Shown: positions 22,801 through 31,125 of the stretch, in pieces
Position numbering within the stretch: the stretch's first letter is position 1
How the letters are laid out: each line of letters begins with the position of its first letter
Source of the DNA: Phoronis australis
Taxonomy: Eukaryota > Animalia > Phoronida
Reading direction: 5' to 3'
Length of the DNA stretch: 64,000 nucleotides
Assembly (NCBI GenBank): GCA_002633005.1
Contig: NMRA01000355.1
Location: forward strand, 197,390 to 261,389
The notes under the pieces: generated by a model
Database searches by the model: none
Told to the model about the DNA's origin: nothing
What the model saw: the letters and a program-made list of their open reading frames with translations, nothing else
Translations under genes and position numbers: made by a program

Positions 22801-25800
22801 AGATACAAAAGTCCACTAAAAATACAGGAACTGCCATAATTCGGTGAATGCACAATTCATGGGTCTGAACATACCACGTGAATCTTAGTAAAAGGTCCAC
22901 GTTCTCAAGAATTCGAGAACCCTCATTTTTTAGGCTGGGTGTGCGCATGTCTGTAGAGAGCCTAATTTTTTTCCTTTTGTAGTTGGCTGAACAAGGAGAA
23001 ATGCAGGTTTAAGCAAAAAAACGTTTTTTGTAGGAGAAGTAACTCTTATGGTTCCAGGCGCATACACCATCTGTCCGTTTCGCGCGTGTTAAGTTTCCAA
23101 TGCTGGATTCTTAATGAACTGAAGCGCTTTGGGGTTTAAAAACATAACCACGCTCACCCAATCTCGAATTGCATCGGAGTTAGCCTGCAACTGAAGTCAC
23201 AGGCAGAGCGTACGTGACCCATTTTCCAAATCACAATTTTAGGGTTAGCCAATGCAAACAAACTCTGAAGCGTTTCTCCATCGGCTGATGATTCCGATGG
23301 CCTTGTTAATTGGTTACGGAGATAGTTCTATCACGGTGAATAATTTTTATAATACCGATTTTATAAGAGCAAAGGCGTACTTCGATTTCCATTTTTAGCC
23401 ACTGCAGCAACACACGGCGAAACGCAGCTTGAGGAGTCCTGGGGCCCGTTCCAAGAAACTGACTTACATGTAAGTTCATGTTTTAATTAAGTGTAAGATT
23501 TGTCTCAACTTCCAGACTTTGAAACTGGCACATCTGATAAGTTAGTCAAAAACTTAATTCAAAAACCTAAGTCAAAATTAAGAACTCGTTTTGAATCGGG
23601 CTTGAGACAAATTCAGGTTTTATGTCTTCGCTTATTCCATTGTCGAATAGCACTTTTTTCTTAAGCCAACGTGACGAAGTATTAACACTTATAAGTGTTT
23701 TGCAATTATCGGTGCGAAATTGCTTTCGCGTAATTGTTAGACAAGCTACTCTTATGACAGGCAATAGAAATTCTAGTAACGATCCCTTATATAAGTTGCT
23801 AATTACTGCGGAATGTTGATGAGCACAACACTGTGCCTCACCTGTTAGGATTAACAAGTGACATTTTCAACTCAGTTCTTCGTCCACGAACAACAAAAAG
23901 TCAAATGCTTAGCAAAATTGGAATTCGTGGTTGTTGACAAAATAGATTACATCTGCGGTGGGCTTTAAAACTGAAACCTAGTTTCAGTGCCGTGATATTT
24001 GGAAACTCGAAACACATTAAAAATATGAAAGCACCGTCATGTTCCGGTTATTGAAGCTAGCTTCACGACTCACTGATTTATTTGGAACTGATGACAGCAA
24101 TCTAGACTAGGAAGACTTTGTCAAACTTCTCATAACATGTTGACCATGTAAACGTGTCACACCTCATCAAAATCATAGGCGTAATCAGAGGATATTATTA
24201 CAAGTGTCTATCTCCTTTCCAATAACGACTAAAACAACAATGCGCGAGTCTTTGTGATTGTGGCCGGGTTCTCTACACAGCGCCTTTATGTAATGTACTT
24301 GTTTAAGTTTAAGTCATTGGATCGGGGTTTCCTTGATTTTGTTTACTTCGATTAATGATAATAAAATACAATTATTCAAGTCAAAGGTGGTCGCCATATT
24401 CGATAGCTGTAAACTGAAGGGGGTTTCCCAGTTTTAAGTAAATGGGAATGACTGAATGCTATGACCACGGTCGAATTACTTAAAGCAATGAGAAGCCATG
24501 TCAAACAACCTTCGCCATTGCTATCTTTCATAGCACCATAGACCATAGTACGATGTACATGGACCGCCAACTCCGAATGTTTTCAATGGATGAAATCTGT
24601 GATCTTACGCATAAGCCGTGACGTCACTATTCACTGGCGACACCTGGCAGACATAGCACGTTTTAATTCCGGCAAGTACGCCGTCTGCTAATCATAGTTA
24701 GCTGTTGTGTGGTCGGGTAGCATTGCTAAATTACTCACGATACAAAGAGTTTTACTTTTGGAAGACTTTGAACAGCGTTTTAATGCGAAATTATTTTTGT
24801 TCGTTTTGCTGGATAGTAAAATAGATGCACGAACTTTAAAATTAGCGCGTAAGTGAATAACGGCATGTTTATCCAAGAAAACGGTTCACGTACTCAAACA
24901 GACGACACACGTGGAGAACAAACTGTACAGGTAAACGTCAAAATACATTGTGAGGGGGAGAGACCAGAAATCAAAACATCTTGAGCTCAAATGAGCCAAT
25001 ATTTATATTGAGATAGCGCTAAGAATGGTTCAATGCGCTAATTTTAAAGTTCATGCTTCTGTTCTGGCCTCAAACAAATGTGAGTAAAATAGATGCAAGA
25101 ATTTTCCGTCACAATACACTAACCGGAAACCAAGTTTGCTATGTTTAGAGGGTGTTGTCTACAATCTATGGTATCACCGTGAAAGAGTGTACCGGGTTCT
25201 TCTTCTAGATTCGCCGAATTACTCGCAGTGACTGATGGACGAGAATTCTGACGTCATAACACTAGTAGTAGATCTGTATTCGAGTTCATTCACTGTCCCT
25301 TTACTCAGTGATAGGAATGTTTTATCGTCCTCGTCAAAAGCTCAGACTCACACGCATAGAACTATGTCCAAATGACCACGACCATGTTCTTAAAAACCCT
25401 ATATGTCCTTGCTCACAGGATTTGACATTAGTTTCACATTTAGGATCTTAAGTGTGTTGCCATTTTGGATATCGCTTTTCCAGTAGCTAGGTTGTTTGCC
25501 AGTCACTGCGCGATATTTCGAAACATATGACCGGCTGAATTTGTGGAGAAATGATGCCATGACTTGCCAAGAATACTATGCATGGAGGTGAATCATGACT
25601 GTTCGAAGCAACCCATCCAATCTCCAGAAACACTGTGCTGGAGCGCAATCACAGAGCGTAGACAGCGGTCCATAGGAAAAATAACGGCAATTCTATACGA
25701 AAATCGTATCGTATAGACTGAAATGAAGTGCGCTATAGATTATGAAGGTCCCGGGATTTGTCTATAGCAAGAGATTGGCGACTTGGAGTGCGGTAAAAAT

Positions 25801-28800
25801 ATTTACCTTTAAGGTACAGTTCATCCCTGGTAGGAGTTTACCATTCCAAGTGTTTTGTCTGGCCTTGTGGTATTGCTTCGAGAGGTACATTGCCCTCTCA
25901 TGTCAGGTAATACCAGTAATATCGTATAGGGTGGATGAACCAAAGAAATGGCAACCGGGGGTGGGGAAGTCGTATTGTCTCGGTCAAGGGTATTATATCA
26001 TTTGGTACTGGTCCCATTTTCAGATTGCCCAACTATTGCGCCTCACCCACTGTGGGGAAGAGAACCATCTGTAATCCTTCTGCTTATGTAGTCAGGGTTA
26101 AAAGTGATAATTAACATGGACCGCCAAGTCTATCTCTTAATTCACAAAATCTGGGATAGTGCGCAAGAGCTGCGACTAACAGTATAGGCTTCTAAGTCAC
26201 TATTCGCTAGCGTCGCCTGGTGTGATGCGTGTTTTACTTCCGGTAAGTAGGTCGTCTGTTGACTACCCGGAACCTTGATTGTGTATTGGAAGAAAGGGAT
26301 TCCTCCGGGATTCCATGAGAAAATGTCGGAGTTGCGCATGAACAGTCCATGACCTATGACCTATAACGAAACTGGTGCAACGTCGAAAAGACTAAAACCT
26401 ACTATCATCTGACTTAACATATACAGCATTCCACCTCGCGAGCAGTGTTACAGAGACATTCTGCCAGGTCTACAGATCAAAACTTAAAAGTGTAATGAAA
26501 TCGATATGAGATAGCAAAACAGCGACTACATCAATATTTCATATAAGATGTTGTTCTACAAACTTTGCAAACTTTAAAGGTACGGAAAAACTTTGAAGAT
26601 GTTTACAAAGTCTGATCTACCGGCAATAGTGTCTAACGTTTCCGGAGTCAATCGACGGCGGCATGGAAATATGAAACACTTCTATCGACAAGATAAACTT
26701 TGTGACATATTGACGATTCTTGGTTCACTATCCCATTTACATCTACCAATTGGGCAACATTATGTATTTTCTGTGAAACTCCCAAAAAATAGATTGAGCA
26801 TTATTTTAAGTGCCGCTTTTTTCTGGAGCACATTATAGAATGCTCTAATTTCGAGAGAAAGATTAGGTAGCCTAAACGTGTGCTTTAACGCTTTGGACCT
26901 CGTAAAATTCGCTGATGTCTAGACACGTTTAGATACCTGGATCAGGGGTCAAATCTTTGTACTCTGTGAAGATTCAAGGTACCTGACTATTCTTCTGTAC
27001 TAGATTACGCAATGGTTTGGGTAGAATATTGTCAATGCCTAGTTATAGTTCGCACTAGATGACCCCTCGGTTCAAGGTGTAAACTCGAGTAAAATCTCGA
27101 AATTTCGACTTCAGTCTTGAACTTAAGTACTGGAGATATCACAGTAGTATTCCTATGTATGTAAAATTACTTATTTAACACATGGAGTTATTTGTATCGC
27201 GGCGAAATCTTGTTGCCATGTGCTTTGTCTTGCTCTTATATGACACTATGTACAGGCCAAGCGTACCCGTGCCGGGTAAGCAACAAAATTTTGTGTAATG
27301 CTGAATATCTGGTTATGTTTTATTTCATAACAAAAGTCATCAGAGTTTCCAATTGAGAAATAAACAAGTTAAACCATTGAGCCATTCAATAATAATAAAT
27401 GTTCGTCAGAAACTTTGAAACAATCCATTAGAGAATACAAAATTTGAATCATTAACTGAACAGTTGTGCAGCATCGTTTTAGCTTTCATGAATTTCTCAG
27501 TTTCACGCAAATTAACGGAAAGCGTTTACCGAGCACGCGCAGGACCTAGCTTGCACGCGCAGGACCTAGCTTACACTACTAAAATGGCGGCTACTGAAAA
27601 GATTGGTTGTCGAGGAGGGAATGTTGATTTATGGGATGTGAATCTCAGTTATGTTCTATAAGCAAACAATTCTCGCCGAAAGTGCCCTGAGAGTGTCTTG
27701 CATCAATGAAACGTGATTCAGGAAAGGAAAATTATTTTCTCATTTTATGTGGTAACGTGAAATGTTATGCACAGTACGAAAACTCTTTTTAACCTCAAGG
27801 ATTGAATAGCAAGAACATTTGGCATTATAATATGCGAATAAAGGATTAACTGGGATTGTAATTACACAAAATACAAAGGGACTTTGCGCGGATTTGGTGA
27901 CTTTGGTGATTTTGCAAAATACGTACAAACAACATTTGCTCTTCTAAAGCACGAGTACTTCTTTGCAAGCAAAATCTCGGTCACCCCATTTGCATTGCAT
28001 CTAGCGGAATTACCTTGCATTACGCATGACTACGCCCAGACAGGGTCTTTGATAAAAACCAGCTGTTGCTTTCAATCGATTTTATGGACTGAAAAACATA
28101 ATTTTAATAAATGAATTACTTTCCATTACCGCAAAGTAACCTGTCCAATGGCGAACTGTAAAAGCAGATTAGAGTTATGTGTTTGTGTGCACTCATAGGT
28201 CCAATTTTATGTCTCATCATTACAATAATTATCAATGTGATATATTTGAGGCTCACGGTCATTACTCTGGTACCGGCGGTAGACTATGAACTACCTCTCG
28301 AAGCGCGTGCGCTTACAAGTATTCTGATTGGCGGGTTTAGGATTGAACGACTTCGGCACATCTGCATTGAACTCTTTTGTTAAAAACACCCCTGCGTCCT
28401 CACAAACAGCGGTTTAACTAAGCCCTTTTGGGAGTCCTCGGGCCATTGCTCGAATAAGGGATTTCCCCTGCAGTAGGGTACCGGACTACAATGCAACCCG
28501 AGAGTGATTATATTCCCAATAGTCACGTGGAAAATAAGAAAAAAATCGAGTCTCCTCGATTAATGAATCAAGAGGTTTTTAAGTTAAAGCCACCAAAAGC
28601 CATGTTCCTGTGTCCGACGAAAATAGCTTTCTTACCAAGCAAAGTTGTCTTGCTCTTATCAATACATTCACGTTTAATCGAAATGTGTTGCAATAAAACG
28701 CCTGGCTTTCCCCTGGCGGCCAGCTGCTGGAGCGTGACAAACTAGTCCAAGAGCTTAATGAAGTAATCAAAAAAATCAGTTGTTTTCAGCTACAAAAATC

Positions 28801-30212
28801 ACTGTCGGGCTGCATTGTAGTCCAGTAGTTCACTTCAGGGCTTATTCTAGCGATGACATATGACTACCAAAAGGGTTTACTTAAATCATGAATGCGCTGT
28901 TTTGAGGATACATTTTTGGCGTTTTTAGCAAATGAGGGGATCTCAAGAGTGAAATGTAGATGTGAATCGAAAATCAAATATTGTGTTTTGATAGAAGGCG
29001 CTAGTTTATATTTGAAGCTATAAATTCGTCACTGACAGGTGTCGTTCCTTTGGTAGCACCAGTATGTTCTACTTCTGCCGCGACTACCAGCCATTGTGGT
29101 CGTAGCACCTTCAGCCTTTATACACGTAGTGTATAGGGGTTTCTAAGATGGAGAAATGTATTTGTGACGCAGCATTGCGCAGGTTTTAATCAAACCTTGA
29201 CTTAGGTTTTGGATCTTTTGAAGGGAGTTCATGCTTTTTGTGCTCACGTGTATTTTTCCAGCATGTGAATTTCCAAAGCTTGTAATTTGGGCATTATTCA
29301 ATATCCACGCCCACTTAAGTTATTTTAATTGAGCATGCTTAAGCAATATTCATACTCTGCAATGGGGCGGCGATGTCGCAAACGACGATTATCAACAAGC
29401 GGATTTGCGAAATACCACATAATTTGTCTAAGAGTATACACATTGACATTTAAGACTTATTTTTTTCAAGCTCGTTTTATTCATCATCAAGTACGGTAGG
29501 CTATGAGCAATAGTTAAATCATCAGAATAAAAATGCACAAGATTATAACATAAGTGTGGATGAAACCTGTGTTTTCGCGTGTTTTAATTAGTTTTGCGTT
29601 GTTTGCAATTGAAGCTAGGCAAAATTTTCGAGCTCTTCCAAAGTTCTGAAATTTTTAACAAACACGGTTTCGTATACAACGGAACTCCGTTTTTCAAACT
29701 TGAGCTTTTGCCCATTGCTGCGACTAAGTTACATAGGAACCGTTCTTGTTTTGTATCAGGGAATTTGTTTGCGAAAAAAACATGTGCTGTTCATTACAAC
29801 AGGTGACGCATAATATAAAAATTAGGTTAGAAAAATTAGAAGGCTTATGAAACCTCTCTGCTCACGCTTCATAGTATGAGGGAGAGGGGTTCTAAAAAAG
29901 TGGGCCCAGGATTGTCAATAGACACGAAAATTCGCCTTTGTGGAAGTATTCTCTATAATGAATAGGGATTCTGTCAAATGCATCATGCAAGCTCTTCAAC
30001 GATCTCAAAGAGATAATGTCAACTTACATGTCTGTGACGTTCTTCATGTATCCGGTATCACTGAGCACTGGTAAACTCATTAAATTGTCAGGCTGAAGAC
30101 ATCGTATAGACCTGGGTAGACATTCACATCCTTCAATGCACGTTAATCCAAAAGCGCGTGCGGTGCTCCAGAGTATCGAGACCGCCAACAAGATCACCTG
30201 AGTGAAACTCAT
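1643..30212 (-). CDS. Trk: Trk-family neurotrophin receptor tyrosine kinase, complete spliced gene model, 15 coding exons, 793 aa
   Basis: Join of exons 30212-30028, 22426-22352, 20662-20591, 19196-19125, 17972-17803, 17161-17026, 13351-13215, 12929-12757, 12371-12239, 11537-11473, 10976-10718, 9810-9504, 9277-9037, 7804-7646, 1840-1643. Total 2382 nt = 794 codons including stop, no internal stop, every intron GT..AG with matching phase. Domain order and kinase motifs are those of Trk (LRR ectodomain plus two Ig domains, [36 protein letters not shown]). Confidence 0.93.
2022..2063. repeat. Perfect 16-bp inverted repeat with 10-nt loop
   Basis: AGACCGTCCGGAGTTG (2022-2037) and CAACTCCGGACGGTCT (2048-2063). 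Confidence 0.9.
4223..4513 (-). pseudogene. Probable degenerate THAP-domain (transposase N-terminus) relic
   Basis: [12 protein letters not shown]...HPW, then a frameshift, then [21 protein letters not shown] ... NVPDIS. Shows the THAP Cys pair, FP, W and an AVPTIF-like motif; CxxH not recognisable. Confidence 0.4.
5167..5301. mobile_element. Tandem pair of very short MITE-like units
   Basis: CATGGGCGG...CCGCCCATG (5167-5235) followed by a diverged second copy ending CACCCCCATG; outer flanks AACTA and GACTA. Confidence 0.6.
5470..6358. mobile_element. Foldback-like element with inverted arrays of 16-bp subterminal repeats
   Basis: Right arm TTCGGAGTAGTGAACC x3 (6289-6336); left arm about 5 degenerate copies of the reverse complement GGTTCACTACTCCGAA (~5485-5590). 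Left boundary approximate. Confidence 0.7.
7336..7580. repeat. Dispersed palindromic repeat family E (other copies ~27040-27125 and ~56838-57070)
   Basis: Shared GCACTTGATGACCCC...GGGGTCATCAAGTGC-type internal inverted repeat and TCGAGTTT motifs; 7336-7465 aligns by eye with the reverse complement of 56838-56950. Confidence 0.6.
7646..7804 (-). CDS. Trk: Trk exon 14: kinase subdomains VIII-IX (159 bp)
   Basis: [53 protein letters not shown]; cgtag acceptor, GAG|gtaag donor. Confidence 0.97.
8281..8860. mobile_element. MITE family G (PIF/Harbinger-like) in Trk intron 13
   Basis: Left GGTGTGTGTTCCGTAGGCGCCAGAACC versus right-end reverse complement GGAGTGCGTTCAGCAGACGCGAGAACC (21/27); CAG at the boundaries. 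Confidence 0.7.
9037..9277 (-). CDS. Trk: Trk exon 13: kinase catalytic and activation loops
   Basis: RSHGPDA...[43 protein letters not shown]; ttcctctag acceptor, AGG|gtaag donor. Confidence 0.97.
9504..9810 (-). CDS. Trk: Trk exon 12: kinase N-lobe
   Basis: [27 protein letters not shown]...VAVKTLK...[22 protein letters not shown]...[19 protein letters not shown]; tttccag acceptor, AG|gtacga donor. Confidence 0.96.
10718..10976 (-). CDS. Trk: Trk exon 11: transmembrane helix and cytoplasmic juxtamembrane with NPxY
   Basis: ctcttttag|ATT; [22 protein letters not shown] (TM) then RYYKQRK (stop-transfer) ... VVENPNY (Shc/FRS2 PTB site, equivalent to TrkA IIENPQY); donor G|gtaag. Confidence 0.93.
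11473..11537 (-). CDS. Trk: Trk exon 10: extracellular juxtamembrane linker (65 bp)
   Basis: ctttctacag|CC; [22 protein letters not shown]; donor ACG|gtaacg. Bridges phase 1 (exon 9) to phase 0 (exon 11). No homology support because the linker is variable. Confidence 0.7.
12017..12174. mobile_element. Short MITE related to family G in Trk intron 9
   Basis: CGTTCAGTAGACGCTAGGACCT and AGGTCCTAGCGTTACTGAACG arms; CAG on both flanks; shares the CGAAGTCTTGC subterminal block with 8281-8860. Confidence 0.75.
12239..12371 (-). CDS. Trk: Trk exon 9: Ig domain 2, C-terminal half
   Basis: ttcttag|CTG; [44 protein letters not shown]; Trk hallmark GCL......H.NNG.YTL...N..G; donor G|gtgagt. Confidence 0.93.
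12757..12929 (-). CDS. Trk: Trk exon 8: Ig domain 2 (neurotrophin-binding d5), N-terminal half
   Basis: tttcag|CC; [58 protein letters not shown]; Trk hallmark HWCI...V.G.P.P...W..NG; donor GAG|gtaag. Confidence 0.93.
13215..13351 (-). CDS. Trk: Trk exon 7: Ig domain 1, C-terminal half
   Basis: ttctttag|G; [46 protein letters not shown] (NLT..V...D....C.A.N.VG); donor T|gtaagt. Confidence 0.92.
16238..16320 (-). mobile_element. tRNA-derived SINE head or tRNA-like relic
   Basis: Minus strand TGGTGTAGTGG (A box, 16306-16296) and TTCGAATCC (B box, ~16261-16253) with tRNA-like spacing; no intact cloverleaf. Confidence 0.5.
17026..17161 (-). CDS. Trk: Trk exon 6: Ig domain 1, N-terminal half
   Basis: ctctttcag|AG; [45 protein letters not shown] (C-x3-G-x-P-x-P-x3-W); donor AA|gtgagt. 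Confidence 0.9.
17803..17972 (-). CDS. Trk: Trk exon 5: LRR C-terminal cysteine cluster
   Basis: tttcag|A; [56 protein letters not shown] (GNPxxCxCxxxW); donor G|gtgggt. Confidence 0.9.
19125..19196 (-). CDS. Trk: Trk exon 4: LRR3 (72 bp, phase 2-2)
   Basis: tctttccag|G...CT|gtaagt; [25 protein letters not shown] (LxLxxNxLxxL). Confidence 0.9.
20591..20662 (-). CDS. Trk: Trk exon 3: LRR2 (72 bp, phase 2-2)
   Basis: ctttccag|G...TT|gtaagt; [25 protein letters not shown], matching the Trk LTI..SGL......F..N pattern. Confidence 0.9.
21036..21631. mobile_element. MITE with ~48-bp GC-rich TIRs
   Basis: ACCTCGGTGGTTCCCTGCGTGCCGCTAGGTGGTAGCCAGCACGCAG versus right-end reverse complement ATCTCGCTGGTTCCCTGCGTGCCGCTTGGTAGCCAGCACGCAG; flanks GAATA and GAGTA. 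Confidence 0.85.
21756..22178. mobile_element. MITE family A copy 1 (CCATAGAC termini, 5-bp TSD)
   Basis: CCATAGAC...GTCTATGG, subterminal CAACTCCG and CGGAGTTG; TTTGA on both flanks; homologous to 24536-25171. Confidence 0.85.
22352..22426 (-). CDS. Trk: Trk exon 2: LRR1 (75 bp, phase 2-2)
   Basis: cttttcag|A...TT|gtgagt; translates [26 protein letters not shown], similar to the first Trk LRR. Confidence 0.88.
22724..22949. mobile_element. Degenerate hAT-like MITE
   Basis: CATGCGCGCAGCCA and CTGGGTGTGCGCATG termini; three AAAAG(G)TCC(A/G)C motifs resembling those in the 4541-6789 element; no TSD. Confidence 0.5.
23441..23630 (+). mobile_element. MITE family B copy (partial)
   Basis: GGGCCCGTTCCAAGAAACTGACTTA...GATTTGTCTCAAC...AAGTTAGTCAAAA; homologous to 34198-34438 and to the reverse complement of 55664-55815. 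Confidence 0.75.
24536..25171. mobile_element. MITE family A copy 2 (longer form)
   Basis: CCATAGAC...TCTATGG; flanks TAGCA and TATCA; colinear with 21756-22178 plus an extra ~268 bp. Confidence 0.8.
26114..26360. mobile_element. MITE family A-related degenerate copy
   Basis: ACATGGACCGCCAA, TTCCGGTAAGTAGGTCGTCTG and GAAAATGTCGGAGTTGCG blocks shared with family A. Confidence 0.55.
28354..28970. mobile_element. Foldback/MITE with ~150-170 bp imperfect inverted arms in Trk intron 1
   Basis: Inner arm GGACTACAATGCAACCCGAGAGTGATT versus reverse complement GGACTACAATGCAGCCCGACAGTGATT (25/27); outer blocks CCCTTTTGG, TCCTCA(C)AAACAGCG and CACATCT.CATT..ACTCTT also pair. Confidence 0.8.
30028..30212 (-). 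CDS. Trk: Trk exon 1: signal peptide and N-terminal cysteine cluster (LRRNT)
   Basis: [61 protein letters not shown]. Hydrophobic leader, CxxxCxC..C spacing like TrkB CPTSCKC..IWC, donor AT|GTAAG in phase 2. Confidence 0.85.
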
Positions 30213-31019
30213 CCTGTCGTATTGTCAGTAATCGTTGATTGAATCCAAATGTCTGTGCCCATCATTTAATGAAACAAAACCGGCCAGAAAGGTGTTTTTA
30301 TAAGATCAGTTCCAACACGAGTTCGATCTCGTCATCCCTGAGGTAGCTTCCCTACTCGATCAAGAGCAGAATATTCTAAGCATATTTTTTTCTGGTAAAG
30401 TCTCGGTGTTGGTTTTAGCGAATGGCACGCAGCGAACGACAAGACTTGACAATTTATAAAGAAATCACCAAATCACAGTGGATTTTGCTGTTCTGGTCAA
30501 AACTAATACCTCCAATGTCGATGTCCCTAGCAGCTAAGTGAGCCAGCGCGCTTGCAATAGGATCGACGAATCTTCAATGCGGGGCATAAATCTATTGAGT
30601 CTCTCCCGCTACGTCACTGGATCCGTAGGGATTCGTCACGTGACCAATTTTCCTAGAAAGGCAACAAATAACTTTCATCAAAGCACGCAGCAAAGCAAAC
30701 CTGTTGTTTAACCATGTCACAAAGTCACCATTAGAAAGCTCACTTGGTTTAAAGTTTCGATGCAGGAGAATCTGCGGCAAATATTAGACTTCAATCAGCA
30801 ATGATGCAAAGCTCACGAGATGAAAAGTGCTCTTCTGATTTAACTATACGAAGAATGGCCCTAAAATTATTTTGCAGCACATGAATTACCGTCAATACTG
30901 CCCCGAAGACAATACCTGTTATGTTCTCACAATAACAAAGGAGTTCTAACAAGCAGACCCCTGTACAAGAACAAGTTTCATCACCGAGCCGTCGATGACT
31001 GGCGAGTTCACGGGTGTGG

Positions 31020-31125
31020 AGCAAATTTTCTAACCGAATTAGTCGTCTGACTTTTATAGAGAAATGTCAATCCACGCCCTTACTCGTGACATAGCAGTAT
31101 ATTCAAATAGCACGGACGTCATCGC
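31020..31125 (-). promoter_or_regulatory. Candidate Trk core promoter (TATA box plus CRE-like site)
   Basis: TATAAAAG on the minus strand at 31058-31051 and TGACGTCC at 31121-31114, about 0.85 kb upstream of the ATG. Motif evidence only. Confidence 0.3.
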
